64,000 bases of DNA from Moniliella sp. 'wahieum' (taxonomy: Eukaryota). The translations under genes and the position numbers were made by a program. Position 1 is the first letter of the stretch; every line of letters starts with the position of its first letter. The stretch spans positions 496,001-560,000 of the forward strand of contig RSEE01000025.1 of NCBI GenBank assembly GCA_003971905.1, read 5' to 3'. The notes below the pieces were generated by a model. The model made no database searches. It was not told the origin of the DNA and saw only the letters and a program-made list of their open reading frames with translations. Of the stretch, positions 38,326 through 53,497 are shown piece by piece.

Positions 38326-39570
38326 ACCCTGCCATCACCAACATGCCCTGCGTCACATCCTGGTGGCTGACACTGGTCCTGTGCTGGGGTTGTAGCGAAT
38401 GCGGGGTATGCGTAAGACGCAGCAGGAGAAAAGTGGTGGCACTCTGAGTGGCGGTTTCAATATCTCAGACTCAGCCACCCGGATACGGTGGCCGGGGCGG
38501 AAGTGGCGGACGGAGAGTCGGTGACGCTGGTGGGATCTGCTCGAGTAGTCTCTGGACGAGACTCAGTGGGCAGTCGCTGCACACCAGTCACATGTCACAT
38601 GCACAAGCTAGCTACTGCCTTGAGGGACACCACTTCCAGACCTCAGATCCTCAGACCTCAGGCTGCAGGCTGCGCAGGCCGCAGACCTTGGGGGAAGGAT
38701 GCACAGCTTGTCGGTCGGTGCTCGGCGCTCGGCGCTCGGCGCTTAGAAGCAGCCAAGTTTCATCAGCTGGACGGGTGGCGCCCCGGAGGGCTCGATCTCC
38801 CCGCCACTGAGTACTGACTCCAGTTTGACCAACGCCGCCCCATCACGCATCACACAAACGCGCCATGTGTCCCCCCCGACCCCGGCCCCATCCATCTCAT
38901 CGGCCATCCGGCGCCCTGGGTTACATTTCGCTCTCCTCGCCCTCTTCCGAAAGACCTTTCGGAGCGACGCCCGACAAGCGGCTACCGGCTACCCGGCTCA
39001 CCGTGATTGGTAGCTGGTGGCTGTAGTCACAATGACGAGTGGCGAGTGGCTAGGCACGCCTGGGCACGCCCCAGCTGCCCAGCCCTGCTGGCTCGGCGGA
39101 GAGTAGGAGACGATCGATGATCGATGATCCTCTGAACGTTAACGTTAAACGTGTTAAACGCGGCGTTGAAGGCTGATCACCGATTGCGAGATCACCTCGA
39201 TCACTGCAGTGCGCAAGCCCACCGGCCACGGGGCACCCTAGCTGGCGCCCTACGCACCCTGCCCAAGCGCTGATGCGCCTGTAGTCAGTAGTGGCAGCAT
39301 ACTGAGTTCACTCCACTCCCTGTCTTTGCGATGCACACGCGGTGGCAAGCCCCTTGCCCAACTGCCGCCAAGGGCTGGGTGTGCGATGGATGCCCCCCCC
39401 GTCCCGCGTATAAGCCCGCCTGCCCCGCCTGCGCTTCGTCTTCCCGCCGCACACACCCGAATGCTCTTCCCCTCTCCTTCCAGCTCCCACGCGCCCCCCC
39501 ACCCCCCATGGTCAGGATGCGCTGACGAGCCCCCTTCCCGCCGCCTCCCCAAGCACCGCAGCAATACCTC

Positions 39571-40590
39571 ATGTCGGCTACCCATATGCGCCGCTCCGGC
39601 CCAGCGTCAGAGCGGCTGTCGCCTGTCCCGCCTGCGCCCTCGTCCTCCGCAGGCGAGGAGCTTGGTCCTGTCGCCCCACCCGCCGTGCATCGCCGACACG
39701 TCTCGCGCGAGGAACAGGCCGCGCTGCGTCAGGCGGTCTACATTGTGCGCTGCACCCATTGCGACACCTTCTTCACCGATCGTGGCATGAAAGCCGTCTT
39801 GCTCCTCAAACCCCATGTCACTCTCTTCAGCACCGATGCCATGCCCTCCAACTGCACTGCTGTCTACGCCCGAAGCCCTCCTGGGAGACATGCCAACCAG
39901 CACAATCCGATTAAGGAACGGACGCAACTGCCTTACCCAAACCCTCGGCTGCCAAGGCTGCGGGAGTGTGGTGGGATACAATGTCGTCTCACCCTGCTCG
40001 CGCTGTAGCAGCAATGTCGCAAAGCACTCCAAGGGCCACAATGGGTACGCTCCCCTCACCCGCCCCCCCCCCCACATTTGCCATGCGGTCTCGTCAATGT
40101 GCTGATCCTTTGCCCTCGTAGCCATCGCATCGTCTTCCACTGTTCCGACATTTCTACCCATGAAAGGAAATACCTTCCCGGAGACCGGGGGGTGCGCTGC
40201 ATGGAAGTGCCTCCGATTCTATCGGATATGATGAAGGAGAAGGAAGGAATTGAAGATCGCATGCGTTATCTTCTGCGCTATGATGACTCGTCGGAAGAGA
40301 CGGAGTCGTTCAGAGGATGAATTCATTTCGGACGAGGAGGGGATACGCACATGGCTCAGCGCCTCCTGGAACGCGCTCAGTGGCAAAGAGTTCTATGCGC
40401 TGCAAGAGCGCAAAATAATCCAGCACGAGATCCGCTCATCTACGCATATCTCTTGGAACAGTATCAAGCTGGCGCTCGTATGCTCCTTTCGGGCGAGACG
40501 TGTTCTGGTCCGATCTGGTCGAGAGGGTGGCGAGCGGACCCAACCCTTGACCCAGAGCCTTACCTCCATCTTCCTCTGGCCGGGAGGTAA
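39571..40590 (+). CDS. FAM72-family zinc-binding protein
   Basis: CTHCDTFFTDRGMKAVLLLKPHVTLFSTD...CLTQTLGCQGCGSVVGYNVVSPCSRC...NG|HRIVFH matches the FAM72 pattern (RGMKAVLL...LFSTD, CxxCGxxVGY). Intron about 40045-40121; 3' end approximate. Confidence 0.8.
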
Positions 40591-42654
40591 TATGCCGACA
40601 TTTCCCGCATAACTATCCCAGTATCGGTCTTGATATAACAACGGCAATCACTTTACCCGGGCATATCGCCGCGCTGCACGGCCCTTCGCACCCACACCCT
40701 TCATCCGTCTTATCGCGGTCGATTCTCGAACATTCCATGTCTTGTTTACTCGGCAGCATGCCATTGCGCCACCTCTCCCCCCCGTCGCTCAAGCCCGGCG
40801 CTACAGCATCTCTATCTCGTACCTTTCTCGTGTTATCGCCTCCACAACAAGCGTTTCATAATCTGTTCTTTGTTTTCTTATATAGCACACATCTCTCTGC
40901 ACTCGTCGAAATGTTGGGTCAGCCGCAGGCTGTGAGTCGTGTGAGTACATTATATGGACGGCAAGATTGCACGGAGATGCTAAAGAGAGATCTCTCCCTT
41001 TTTGTCTTAATGTATGCTGGTTTCTCGGTTGAACGAGAGTAGACGAGGGGGGCTATACCGAGACCCGCCGTACACTCCTGCGTAAGGTTGGGGTAATTAA
41101 TAACTTCGCTATTAACAATTCACGATCCATGGATTATGTCATGGGCGCGCGATCTGGTGGCCAGCCACCAGGAACCACTGTCACTGGCAGCCCAGAGTGT
41201 GGCCCAAACGCAAGCACTAAGTATGCCTCTTAGCCTCCCTCCCCCACCACCAGCCAATTCCTCGCCATGCTCCGCGCCAAGGCAACCGACGAGAATCTCA
41301 CGTCGAAGAATTGAGTCCTGAACTTGCAAAACTGCGATGGGTGAGCAGTCAGCGCGATGGTGTGCACGCTAAATGATCTGTGCCTTCACTTGTATCCAAG
41401 CCATCACCTGCTTCCCTTTGCTCCATCTGACCTGCCTGACGGGACGCGCTAGGGGCGAACGTTCCGCCTCCATTATACCCCTCTCTCAGCCGTGCGTTTT
41501 TGCACCCAACAAGGACTCATGGCCCCTGATCAGGCCGGCGTACATTTCGTGGTGCGCCAACGGCTCTTGCGTTCGATTCCGACTGGATTTAGGACATGAC
41601 CCCTTCCCCAGGACGCGGTAGGTAATGGCGTAGGAGCGTATGAGTAGCTCAAAGCTGAGAATGTGCGCACATTGTCTGCCTTGCAAGCTGCGATGTTTAC
41701 CCTCAGCTCCCTGGACGACTACGAGTTGAAGGGAAGAGCGAGTCACCCTCCACGACGGGAGCCCTCGCCGAGTATGCTCGATCTTTCCTCGAGGACTCCC
41801 ACACAGTAAAACACCCGGTGCTATCAGCGACTCTACGCCGGGGAGGGGGGGGGGGGGGGGAGCGAAAGGGAGATGCGATGGAGCATACTCTTGTCGCATC
41901 AGAGCATCGAGCCCAGCTCGAACTGTTTCCTCTGCTCCCCATATGCTGTATGGCCACTGCCTGGTTCAATACATTACTTGGCCCAAGTGTGGGTGCCGTG
42001 CCGAGGACAGATGGCTGAAATAGGCGTTGGCAGCCCCAGCCAGCACGCAGAGGAGCAGAGCAGTGGTGCTCAGTCCTCTGATTGTGGCTACACGGACCTC
42101 TGCGACCAGCGGCAGTGGGGTACAAGTGCCATAAGCGCATAAGCGCGTGCGTCAACACGCGCTACACCCGCTTGGATAGTGTTGGTGGCCACGGGGTCGG
42201 GGCCAGCGCCGGCATAGACGCGTGTGGGACCGTGCTGGTGGGCGAGGCGAGAGGCCAGAGTGCAGCTCTACCACACGCAAACACTAACTTGCACCTGTCC
42301 CACCGGCCCCACGACGCTCTTTCAAACAGCGCCGGGGGCGGTATAAAACAGAGGCGGAGGCCGCTCTCTTTGCTCGGACCCTGGCCCAGGCTGCGCCCCT
42401 GCAGCATTGCTGCCGCTTCTGCCCGCCCACCGTCTTTCACACATCCTGCTCTTCTCTGCCCACCCGTCTTGTGCGGGTCCCCGCACCTTTCACCCGATGT
42501 GCCTCCTCTATATAATCCCGTCGTCCGTCGCGCCCATCCCCGCCGGCCCTCCTACGCCTCCACCCGCCCTCAGCACTAACCCCCATTCCCCTCGCATCCT
42601 GCTCAGCTCCTCTCTCCCGAACGCCTGCCTCTGCTGTTGCAGCCCTTCCGCACC

Positions 42655-43585
42655 ATGTCGACCGAAACCAGCAATGCACCTGTTGCCTCCCCTCCCCCTC
42701 CTCTCCCCACCCCGACTTCCGCCGCCTTGCCTCCCATGCCAGCACTGACCAAGCTCAGTTCCCAAAGCGCGGCGATGCCCAAGATCCTCCAGATCCCCTC
42801 TTGGCCGCCCTTCTTTCCACAACTCAGGACTACGTGGGTGGACACAAACATCTGGCCAAGGCCCAGCGCCGCGTGCTGCTGGTCAGCGAGTGGCTGACTG
42901 CCACGATCATCATCCGCCTCAGCTTTCTGGTTGGCATCATCCTGCTTGCCGATTCCTTCACGGCCAAGATCCTGGACAAGGCCGAGCAAGTGGCACCAAC
43001 GGTGTTTACGCTCACCCAAGGCGACTTGCATAACGCGGCCCTAACCCGCTACGCCAGTGTGCGCACATTTGCTCTCCAGACCGGCACCAAGGCCCAGGAC
43101 CACTTTGATCAACTCAAGGCGGAGCATGTGACATTGCAGCGCACTTATGACTCGCTCATCAGCCTCAACACTCAGCTCATCAGTGCGGGCATTAAAGCCA
43201 AAAACGCCAAGAGCAACGTGACGGGAGCGGTGAACACCGAGGTGGACAAGGCGATTCTCAAGGTGCACGACGAGTTGGAGCGGCTGCATCATTATCTTCA
43301 GTCGCTCCCTGCCGACGCACGGGCTCGGCTGCAACCCGTGCAACAGACCTTTTTGACCAAGTACGAAGAGGTGCGGCACTTGGTCGAAGACAAGAATGCC
43401 ACATTGGCTGCGCGCACGTCAACCTTGACGGCGTACGTGACCAACACAACTCTTCCCGCGCTCAACACGGTGCTCCATTCTTTCCCGTTTACTAAGAAGG
43501 CCTCCAGTAAGGCCACGACGGTGGAGGAAGTTCCCGAGACAACCCCACGCCGGCGGAGACGGAGCCAAGTGCCACCCATGCATAG
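42655..43585 (+). CDS. Putative perilipin/CAP20-like lipid-droplet protein
   Basis: Coding-like helical ORF (KILQIPLLAALL...ADSFTAKILDKAEQVAPTVFT, amphipathic repeats). Family assignment is by resemblance only. Confidence 0.4.
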
Positions 43586-44097
43586 AGAGGCCGACTCCTC
43601 CAATACGACTATTATTTTGAGCGTTTACCATCTTCAACGATTTACGATCTGAGAGATGCACTTCTCGTCATTGATCATCCTCATCTCATCCACATGCTTT
43701 CCTGCTTTTTCATCGCGCATGCCCAACTCACTTCTTACCCTGTTCAGTTACCCCTCATGCCATTCTTCATGTCTCCATTTTACGCTTCAGATGTACATTC
43801 TTCATGATGCATGCATGACGTGCATGGCGCGCATGACCCACCGCCTGCAATTGATTACCTTCGGCCAAGTTCACTATATCCACTTGCACTTAGGGGCAGG
43901 GATGAAGCTGATAAAGCGAGGCTACGTTCCTCTCCCATCTCAGCCTGTTGAACACAACCGTGTTGAGCCGGTCTCTGCGTAGTCAATCGCGTAACGAGCG
44001 CGCCAAGCTAAGGAACTGCCGAGATTCCAAACAGTAGGGTGAACGAATGGGCATAATGATACAATGTCTACAAAAGGTAGCCAGAACCTAGGCCAGC

Positions 44098-44584
<487 letters not shown>

Positions 44585-44740
44585 GATGAAAAAGGTAGGA
44601 CGGGTGATTGAAACAAGAAGGCGAGGACGAACGTGGGTGGGAAAAGACGTAAGAGCGGATGGAGACGCGACGCGGACGCGCCTTATATACTGATCTGGCC
44701 TTGGCTCCACACATCATAGAGATGACCGCCAGGAATTCTA

Positions 44741-44844
44741 GTGCGCACCAAAACCACGTCGGAGCTAGGGTTGGATGGATTCCTATGTGGCTTTGGCTGG
44801 CATTAATTGCTACTGAGACATTTTGGTGCGCACCAAAAACGCGT
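44741..44844. promoter_or_regulatory. Candidate elements in the H2B/H2A bidirectional promoter
   Basis: Perfect 18-bp palindrome TTTTGGTGCGCACCAAAA (44821-44838), a partial second copy GTGCGCACCAAAA (44741-44753), ACGCGT right after the palindrome, and TATA-like boxes near 44683 and 44890. Confidence 0.45.
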
Positions 44845-44985
44845 CGCCTACTCTAGGGCTCTTTTTTGAGTTAGGTGCTGCAAGCAACGTATATATACGT
44901 CCGCCGATGGTGGGTGCTCCTCGCCCACCCCAACCTCTCCTCCCTCCACCCTTCGCGTCTCTTTCTCAACTTCAACTCTCTCAAC

Positions 44986-45480
44986 ATGTCTGGTGGCAAG
45001 TCTGGTGGCAAGTCTGGTGGCAAGTCGGGTGGCAAGGCCGGTGGCGCAGCGGGTTCTAAGGCTACCTCGCGTTCGGCCAAGGCCGGTCTGCAGTTCCCCG
45101 TCGGTCGTATTCACCGTCTCCTGCGCAAGGGCAACTACGCCCACGTGTCGGTGCCGGTGCTCCCGTTTACCTCGCCGCCGTGCTCGAGTACCTCACTGCT
45201 GAAATTCTCGAGTTGGCCGGCAACGCTGCTCGCGACAACAAGAAGAGCCGTGTACGTATCTTTTCCTTATTTGGGGTTAATTCGTGGTCACCGTTACTGA
45301 CCCACTCGCGACTTTCAGATCGTGCCCCGCCACCTTCAGCTTGCCATTCGCAACGACGAGGAGTTGAACAAGCTCCTCGGTGGCGTTACCATTTCCCAGG
45401 GTGGTGTGTTGCCTCACATCAACCCCGAACTTTTGCCAGCCAAGTCGGGCAAGAGCAAGAAGGCCTCGCAAGAGGTTTGA
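44986..45480 (+). CDS. HTA1: Histone H2A with C-terminal SQEV (H2A.X-type phosphosite)
   Basis: [66 protein letters not shown]...KASQEV*. One intron and one frameshift. Confidence 0.97.
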
Positions 45481-46123
45481 GCGAGCTCGATCTTCCAGCG
45501 CTCAACACCTTTTGTCTATGTACACTACGATGTAATTGTTACATTTTGCCATCCACTTCCATATTGCCCGATAGCTCTTCATGTTCAGTAATCAGGTGTC
45601 TCGCGACATTGATTCGATTCGAGGCTTGGAGCCGATCAATTCGGCGTACCTGCCAGGCGTTACGCGTTGCGTATGTGGAATGCATGACGCTGCTTTGCGG
45701 AAAACGTTAGAACGATCGTTGTGCGCGCTCGTTCATCGCGGTGATGAGTCTCGCTCACGCCTTTTCCACACGACTCGTAAGCGGCATTTCCTACCTGGTC
45801 GATCCCATGGTTCCACAGCCATGAGATTTTCGGCTTTAGGACAAAGGTGGATGTGTCCGAAAGAATGCTTAAACGTGCAATGGCCGAAGGAGACAGTATA
45901 CAACAGTTGCCAAATCTTATATGGAGAGTTCATCTCATTGAGGCGAGATAGTTCAGTCTCATCATGTGTCTGCTGGCGGCACTCACTAGCTACTCTGCAG
46001 GAAATGCCATACATCAGAGGATGAGATCGAGTCGATTCGAGCTAAAGGGTACGGATGTGTTGATGAGCATTGTTACGACACAATAGTTATACAAGGGGAT
46101 CAAAAGGCACAAGGGCATCCACC

Positions 46124-46620
<497 letters not shown>

Positions 46621-46761
46621 GGTATATATCGGATGAGAGGGGCGAAAGGGGGGGAGAAGTGGTAAAGAAAGCGAGTTTCAAGGGGGTTACATTATACAGA
46701 AGGAGAAAGGAGAAGTTCACGCGTTCACATTCGCTCTCTCCACTGTTAGAATGGTGGGGGG

Positions 46762-46890
46762 TGACCGGTGACCGGTGACATGCGACCGGTGACATGCGAC
46801 GTGTGGCATGTGTCATGTGACATGTGACACGCGACACACCACTGGGCGTGGCTTGGTCGATCATCGATCAGAACGATCATCGATCATCTC
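46762..46890. repeat. 7-bp-period palindromic array in the H3/H4 divergent promoter
   Basis: Ten in-register units at 46762-46834 (CCGG/CATG cores); TCGA-TCA units at 46857-46887. Confidence 0.85.
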
Positions 46891-47285
46891 AGATGCAGCG
46901 TGCATTTCAATCTGTGCAGCGGCAATCTGCTGCAACCCGCCCAGGGCGCAAGGCCAACCTGAAATGTTGGGGTGTGTCTCAGGCTTGCGTCAGCGGATTT
47001 TGTGAACGTGTGAACCTCCCGGGCAGAGGCAGTTCCCCCGGAACAACAACCTAGTGTTGCTGTCCACGTTCACAAGCTGGGACGCTAGTGGCTGAGACAT
47101 CCACTACTGTGAGATGTGATCGATGATCAAAGGACCGCCACACGATTCGAATATATATAGGCTGGACGGTGCGTTGTCTTCTGGGCTGTTCCCTCCATCC
47201 GTTTCTCTCGTCTTTCTCTCTCTCTCAACAAGTACGTTTCTCTCGTTACCGGTTACCTCCTCCGTCCCTCCCCTACACCGACTGA

Positions 47286-47618
<333 letters not shown>

Positions 47619-48911
47619 ACCCTTCGTGGCGTCTGTACTCTTGTCTGTACCAGCAGCTTCATACTGCAACTATACTATCTTCGTATTGCCCGCTTTGCCG
47701 TGCGTTGCATAGTGGCAAATATCGCGAGTGCACGCTTTGTGTGCAACTCCGTCTCGGACTTTTATCATGCAGGTTACCGGTTATAGCTAGGCCCTAGGAT
47801 CCTACCTTAACTCTGCGGAGATGGATCTGGAAAATAGGCGAGCTCTGCAGCCCTGTATATCCACTAGGATAGAGACTTCCCATCAATAGCGAAGGACAGA
47901 GCAGCAGACTAAGGCTTCCGTCGTCATGCAATAGGCGTGCGACAGCAAGCAAGGGTCATTAGGCTGTGACAGGCTGTGGTTCCCTACTGCCCTGATGAGC
48001 GCTGAGCTCAGCACCTCGCGATCAAGCAGGTGCATGCCGGAGGATGGAAAAAATTGTGGGATCCTGGTACTGGGTACTACTTGGAACTCATGCAAATCAG
48101 TAGACGGCCAAGTGCAGGCAGCTAGCTGCACAGCAGTTGTAGTAGGTTGCAGCAGGGGGTCTGGATGGCATCCAGGAGAACGGGAAATATAGGACGGGTA
48201 CAGGCGGGTGTGGTGGCATGGTGACAGCAGGCTAGGCGACGTAGGGCTGGCCCGGGGGGGGAGACTATCGGGAGGAGAGGGACCCAATGCGACACACATG
48301 TTGGGATACTCGCTGGTATGTTCTGTTGCCTCTCCTCTCGCACCCAGTACCCAGTATACCCCGTTCCCAGATGCCGTATGGGCGCTACGTCGTCGGCTTG
48401 GCCAGACTCGGGTGCGGGAGCCGCGACGGCAGGGAAGAGCCGACGGCTGGGGGCTGGGCCCATGTGGACATTGGGCCATCAACCGGATACCAAAGACGGC
48501 GTCCGAGGTGGTGATAGGGATGCATTCCATCTCATCGATCGATCATCGAGCAAACGGGCGGCGGAGCAAACGGATTCGGGCGTAGCGGACCGAGGATGGA
48601 CCCGCCGCACGGCGCCAGTCCCCCCTCCTCCCCTTGCGAACCATGGCCATTGCGGTGGGGTAAAACTGAAATGTTCTCCGTCGCGGCAGCCACCACGCCA
48701 GTCTTAACACTGGTTCCTCAGCAACACACCACTCCCGCCCCAGCTGGCCGCTGCCATGACGCACGTTCGGTCGTTTGGGTATATATAGGACCGCCACTCC
48801 TCCTCTGCGGGGGTTCCTCAGAGTTCTTCAGCATTCCTCTTTGCATTCCCCTCCACTCCACCAAAAGACCTTCTGCCCTCACTGTCCAGAACCACCAGCA
48901 CCAGTACTACC

Positions 48912-50590
48912 ATGTCCCTCGACGGCATTCGCATTCTTGGTACGTTTTCCCCGCTCCCCCCTGTTCCTTATGCCCATGGGAAGTGTGGGATTGACCCTCG
49001 CTCTTCTTCTATCGCACAGGCCCTGTTGAGGGTCTGCACAAGGAGATCTCACTACAGAGGCCCTTTCGTTCCTTGCCATCCTCCATCGCACCTTTGAGCC
49101 GACACGCCAAAAGCTGCTCAAGGCGCGAGAGGTGCGGCAGTTGCAACTCGATGCCGGCGTGCCTCTCGACTTTTTGCCCGAGACCAAGCACATTCGTGAG
49201 GACCCGACCTGGCGCGCTGCGCCTCCTTCTCCGGTCTCCGTGACCGGCGCGTGGAGATTACCGGTCCTGTCGACCGCAAAATGGTGATCAACGCACTTAA
49301 TTCGGGTGCCTATACCTACATGGCCGACTTTGAAGACTCCAACTCCCCCACCTGGGCCAACAATCTCGATGGCCAGGTCAACATGCGCGACGCCATCTTC
49401 CGCAAGATTGATTTCACTGCTTCGAATGGCAAGGCGTACAAGCTTAAGCCGGCGGGGGAGACGGCGACCTTGATCGTTCGTCCACGTGGATGGCATCTCA
49501 ACGAGGGCCATGTAGTGATCGATGGCCAGCCAGTGTCCGGGGCATCTTTGACTTCGCCCTCTACTTCTTCCACAATGCCAAGGAGCTTGTTCGCACCGGA
49601 TTTGGTCCTTACTTTTATCTTCCCAAGATGGAGCATCACCTTGAGGCACGCCTCTGGAACGACATTTTCAATGTCGCGCAGGATTACCTTGCCATCCCTC
49701 GTGGCACCATTCGTGGCACTGTGCTGATTGAGACCATCACGGCTGCGTTCCAAATGGACGAGATCATCTACGAGTTGCGTGAGCACAGTTCTGGTCTCAA
49801 CTGTGGCCGGTGGGACTACATTTTTTCGTTTATTAAACGTCAACGCTTCCTGCCCGACAAGATTTTGCCCGACCGGGCCGACGTGACCATGACGGTTCCG
49901 TTCATGCAGGCGTATGTCAACCTGCTGATTCAGACGTGTCACAAGCGCGGCGTAGCTGCCATTGGCGGTATGGCCGCACAGATCCCCATCAAGGACAAAC
50001 CCCAGGCCAACGAGGTGGCAATGAACAAGGTTCGGGCTGACAAGTTGCGCGAAGTGACCGCTGGTCACGACGGCACCTGGGTCGCCCACCCAGCACTGGT
50101 ACAGATTGCTCTCGAGGTCTTTAATGAGCACATGCTTGGTCCCAACCAATACTATGTCCGTCGGGAAGAGGTCACGGTGACTGCCCAGGACCTGCTGAAC
50201 CCGTCTGTCCCGGGCCAAATCACCGAGGGCGGCGCTCGGGCCAACGTCTCGGCACTGCTGGGTTACTGCGCCAACTGGATCAAGGGAAATGGGTGTGTGC
50301 CCATCAACTATATGATGGAGGATGCGGCTACCGCTGAAATTTCCCGTGTGGGTCTGTGGTCCTGGGTGCACCACGGTGTCTCGACGGCCGAGGGCCAAAA
50401 GATCACCCCCGAGTACGTTGATCAGTTGCTTGCCGAGGAAGAAAGCAAATTAAAGAGCCTGGATGGCAAGGCCGTCGCTCTTGCACGCAAGTATCTCTCG
50501 GACCAGGTGCGGCAGGACAAGCCGTCCGAGTTTCTCACCTCCGACCTGTACTCCTACCTTGACAAGGACTTGGCCCCACCTCATCTTTGA
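48912..50590 (+). CDS. MLS1: Malate synthase A (glyoxylate cycle)
   Basis: [97 protein letters not shown]. Intron near the start. Confidence 0.97.
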
Positions 50591-51127
50591 CAGTAGCAAA
50601 TCATCTCTCTTCTGTGTATTCTACGCATACGATAACATTCTGAATCGATGACCCTTTTGTGTCCTTCCAGCACTGTGTACGGACGACGGCTATAAGGAAG
50701 TTTTGGTGCATTTCATAGTTTGGTTGAATGCCGCGGACAGCTCAGCCAAAGAAAGGCCGAGAGGCAATTCCAACTACAGAGTGCACATCATCTGCCTGGC
50801 AACATCTGCATCATCACCAGGACCTTCCGTGAACGCATCTATTACTTCGTTTCTCTACAAAAAGATGAGGCCACAGCAGGGAAGGAGAGCAATGGATGCA
50901 GTTGTATTCATACAGGATGTTGAATCATCTTACAGATGGTGTTGAACAATACAAGGGGTGAATCATGTCATGTCAGAGTAGGCTCCGACGACGTGAAGCC
51001 AGATGGGGCCCAGATGGGGGTTGCTGGTGGAGTCCAAGTTGGGCGATGCGTTGAGCACGCCCGAGGACGGCTACTATGTTGAAGTAGCGCGATCGGGAGG
51101 AGGGGGGGAGATGGAGAAAGAGGAGCC

Positions 51128-53497
51128 TTACTTCTTGTCGGCGAACAGAGCGCGAGCCTCCTTCGCGGCGGTGACCATGTTGGCCAGCTGCGCCTCGCAC
51201 TCGGCCAGGTGCGCGTCTTGAGACCACAGTCGGGGTTGACCCAGAGCTGCTCGGGGGTGAGGAACAGAGCATTCTCCTTGATCCGTTGAAGCATCTCCTC
51301 CTTCGACGGCACACGAGGCGAGTGGATGTCAAACACACCAGGGCCAATCTCGTTGGGGTAGTGGATCGACTTCCAGACGTTGAGGTACTTGGCACCGGCC
51401 TTGGCATTCTCAATCGACAGCATGTCGGCGTCCAGGTCAATCATCGCCTGCATCACAGCCGGGTTGGCAAAGTCCGAGTAGCAGAAGTGCGACGCCGTGT
51501 TGACATCATCGTCTGCGATCGCCGTGGCCAGCTTGAACGAGTCCACAGCCCAGCGGAGGTAGGCCTGCCAGTCGGCGTGGCGCAGAGGAAGACCCTCACG
51601 GATGGCCGGCTCGTCCACTTGAATGGCCTTGATGCCCGCCTTTTGCAAGTCGGCCACCTCGTCACGGAGGGCGAGGGCAATCTGGAGTGCTTGCACGTCC
51701 TTGCCCACATCGGCACGGGGGAACGACCAGTTAAGGATGGTAACGGGGCCGGTGAGCATGCCCTTCATCGTCTTCTTCGTCAGGCTTTGAGCATAGACCG
51801 ACCAGCGCACCGTCATGGCCTTGGGGCGCGACACGTCTCCCACCACGATAGGGGGGCGGACGTAACGCGAGCCAAAGCTCTGGACCCAGCCGTTCTGGGT
51901 GAAGGCAAAGCCGTCAAGAAGTTCACCGAAGTACTGGACCATGTCGTTGCGCTCGGGCTCGCCGTGGACGAGCACGTCGAGGCCAAGCTTCTCCTGGCGT
52001 TCAACCACATCCTTGATCTCATTCTCCAAGAACTGGTCATACTGCTCCTGGCTCACCTCACCCTTGTTGAACTTGGCACGCACCTGGCGAATCTCCTTCG
52101 TCTGGGGGAAAGAGCCGATGGTGGTGGTGGGGAAGAGGGGAAGGTTGAGGTGCTTCTTTTGCAGAGCAGCACGGGTAGGGAAAGGCGACTTGCGCTCCAG
52201 GTCGCGGGCTTGATGGCGGCAAGACGCTCGCGGACGGCAGGGTCCGAGTTCTTCTCGTAGTCGCGGCGCGCCTTGATCGAGGTGGCGTTCTTGGCCAACG
52301 CAGCCTCAGCCGCCTTGGGGTTGGCGAGAGCCTGGGCAAGCGTAGCCACTTCGCCAGCCTTCTCAGTGGCAAAAGAGAACCAGTCAAGCACCTCGGGCGA
52401 GAGCTTCTTCTCATTGGCAATGGTGATGGGAGTGTGAAGGAGCGACGACGAGCTGGCAACAACCACACGGTCCGAACCAAGCTTCTCCACAGCGTACTTG
52501 GCCTTCTCGAGCGCCGCGGCCAGGTCGGTCTTCCAGATGTTGCGGCCCGAAACTAGACCAAGCGAGAGGCCAATCTTGGTAGGGGCAACGGCCTCAACGA
52601 CCGACTCGAGCTGCTGGGGAGCACGGTCAAGGTCAATGTGGAGACCAGCAATGGGCAGGTCCTTGACAAAGCTGATGTTCGAGTCGAGGCGACCGAAGTA
52701 CGTGGTGAGCATCAGGTTGACGTCGGGAACGGCCTTGTTAAGCTCCGTGTAAACTTGCTTGAAGGCGTCCGCAAGGGTAGCAGCGTCGTCCGTGACAAGC
52801 ACAGGCTCGTCAATTTGAACCCAAGACGCACCAGCAGCACCAAGCTTCTTGAGGAGCTCGGCATACACGGGAATGAGCTTGGGAAGCAGACTCAAGGGCT
52901 TGAAGTCTTCCGGGCACCCTTGCCAGCCTTGCCGAGGTAGAGGAAAGTGATGGGGCCGAGGAGCACAGGACGAGCGTTGTAGCCGGCCTCCTTGGCCTCG
53001 ACGAAGTCGTTCAAAGGCTTGAGGTCGTTCACTTGAACTCGGTCGAAGGGGTGAACTCAGGGACAAGGTAGTGGTAGTTGCTGTCAAACCACTTGCGCAT
53101 TTCCGTGGCGGGAAGGTCAACACCGCCCTTCTGGTGGCCGCGGGCCAGGGCAAAGTACGTGTCGAGGGGGTTGAGGCCAGATTTGGCGTACGCCTCGGGG
53201 ATCACGTTGAAGACCAACGAGTTGTCCAGGACGTGGTCGTAGAGAGAGGTACCAGTGGGGATCACGTCCACGCCCTGGTTCTTGATGATCTCATAGGTAA
53301 GCAGACGCTGCTCCTTGGCAACCTTGAGCAGCTCCTCAACCGGGATCTTGCCGCCCCAGTAGGCCTCGAGCGCCTTCTTGACCTCGCGCTGAGGGCCAAT
53401 GCGGGGGAAACCGAGGACAGTGGAGGAACTGGGAGGGAACAGGGTTAGCTCGGAGGCTCGGCAGCCAGTCATGCGCGCGGGGGGGGACATACACCAT
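51128..53497 (-). CDS. MET6: Cobalamin-independent methionine synthase
   Basis: [100 protein letters not shown]. Confidence 0.97.

Noticed and set aside
20370..40590. Cytidine deaminase plus FAM72 as an AID/UNG-type mutagenesis system
   Set aside because: The deaminase is the free-nucleoside CDD type, not AID/APOBEC, and the genes are about 19 kb apart.
49316..52260. Long antisense ORFs over MLS1 and MET6 (also over the CoA transferase)
   Set aside because: These are shadow ORFs caused by high GC3 codon bias on the coding strand.
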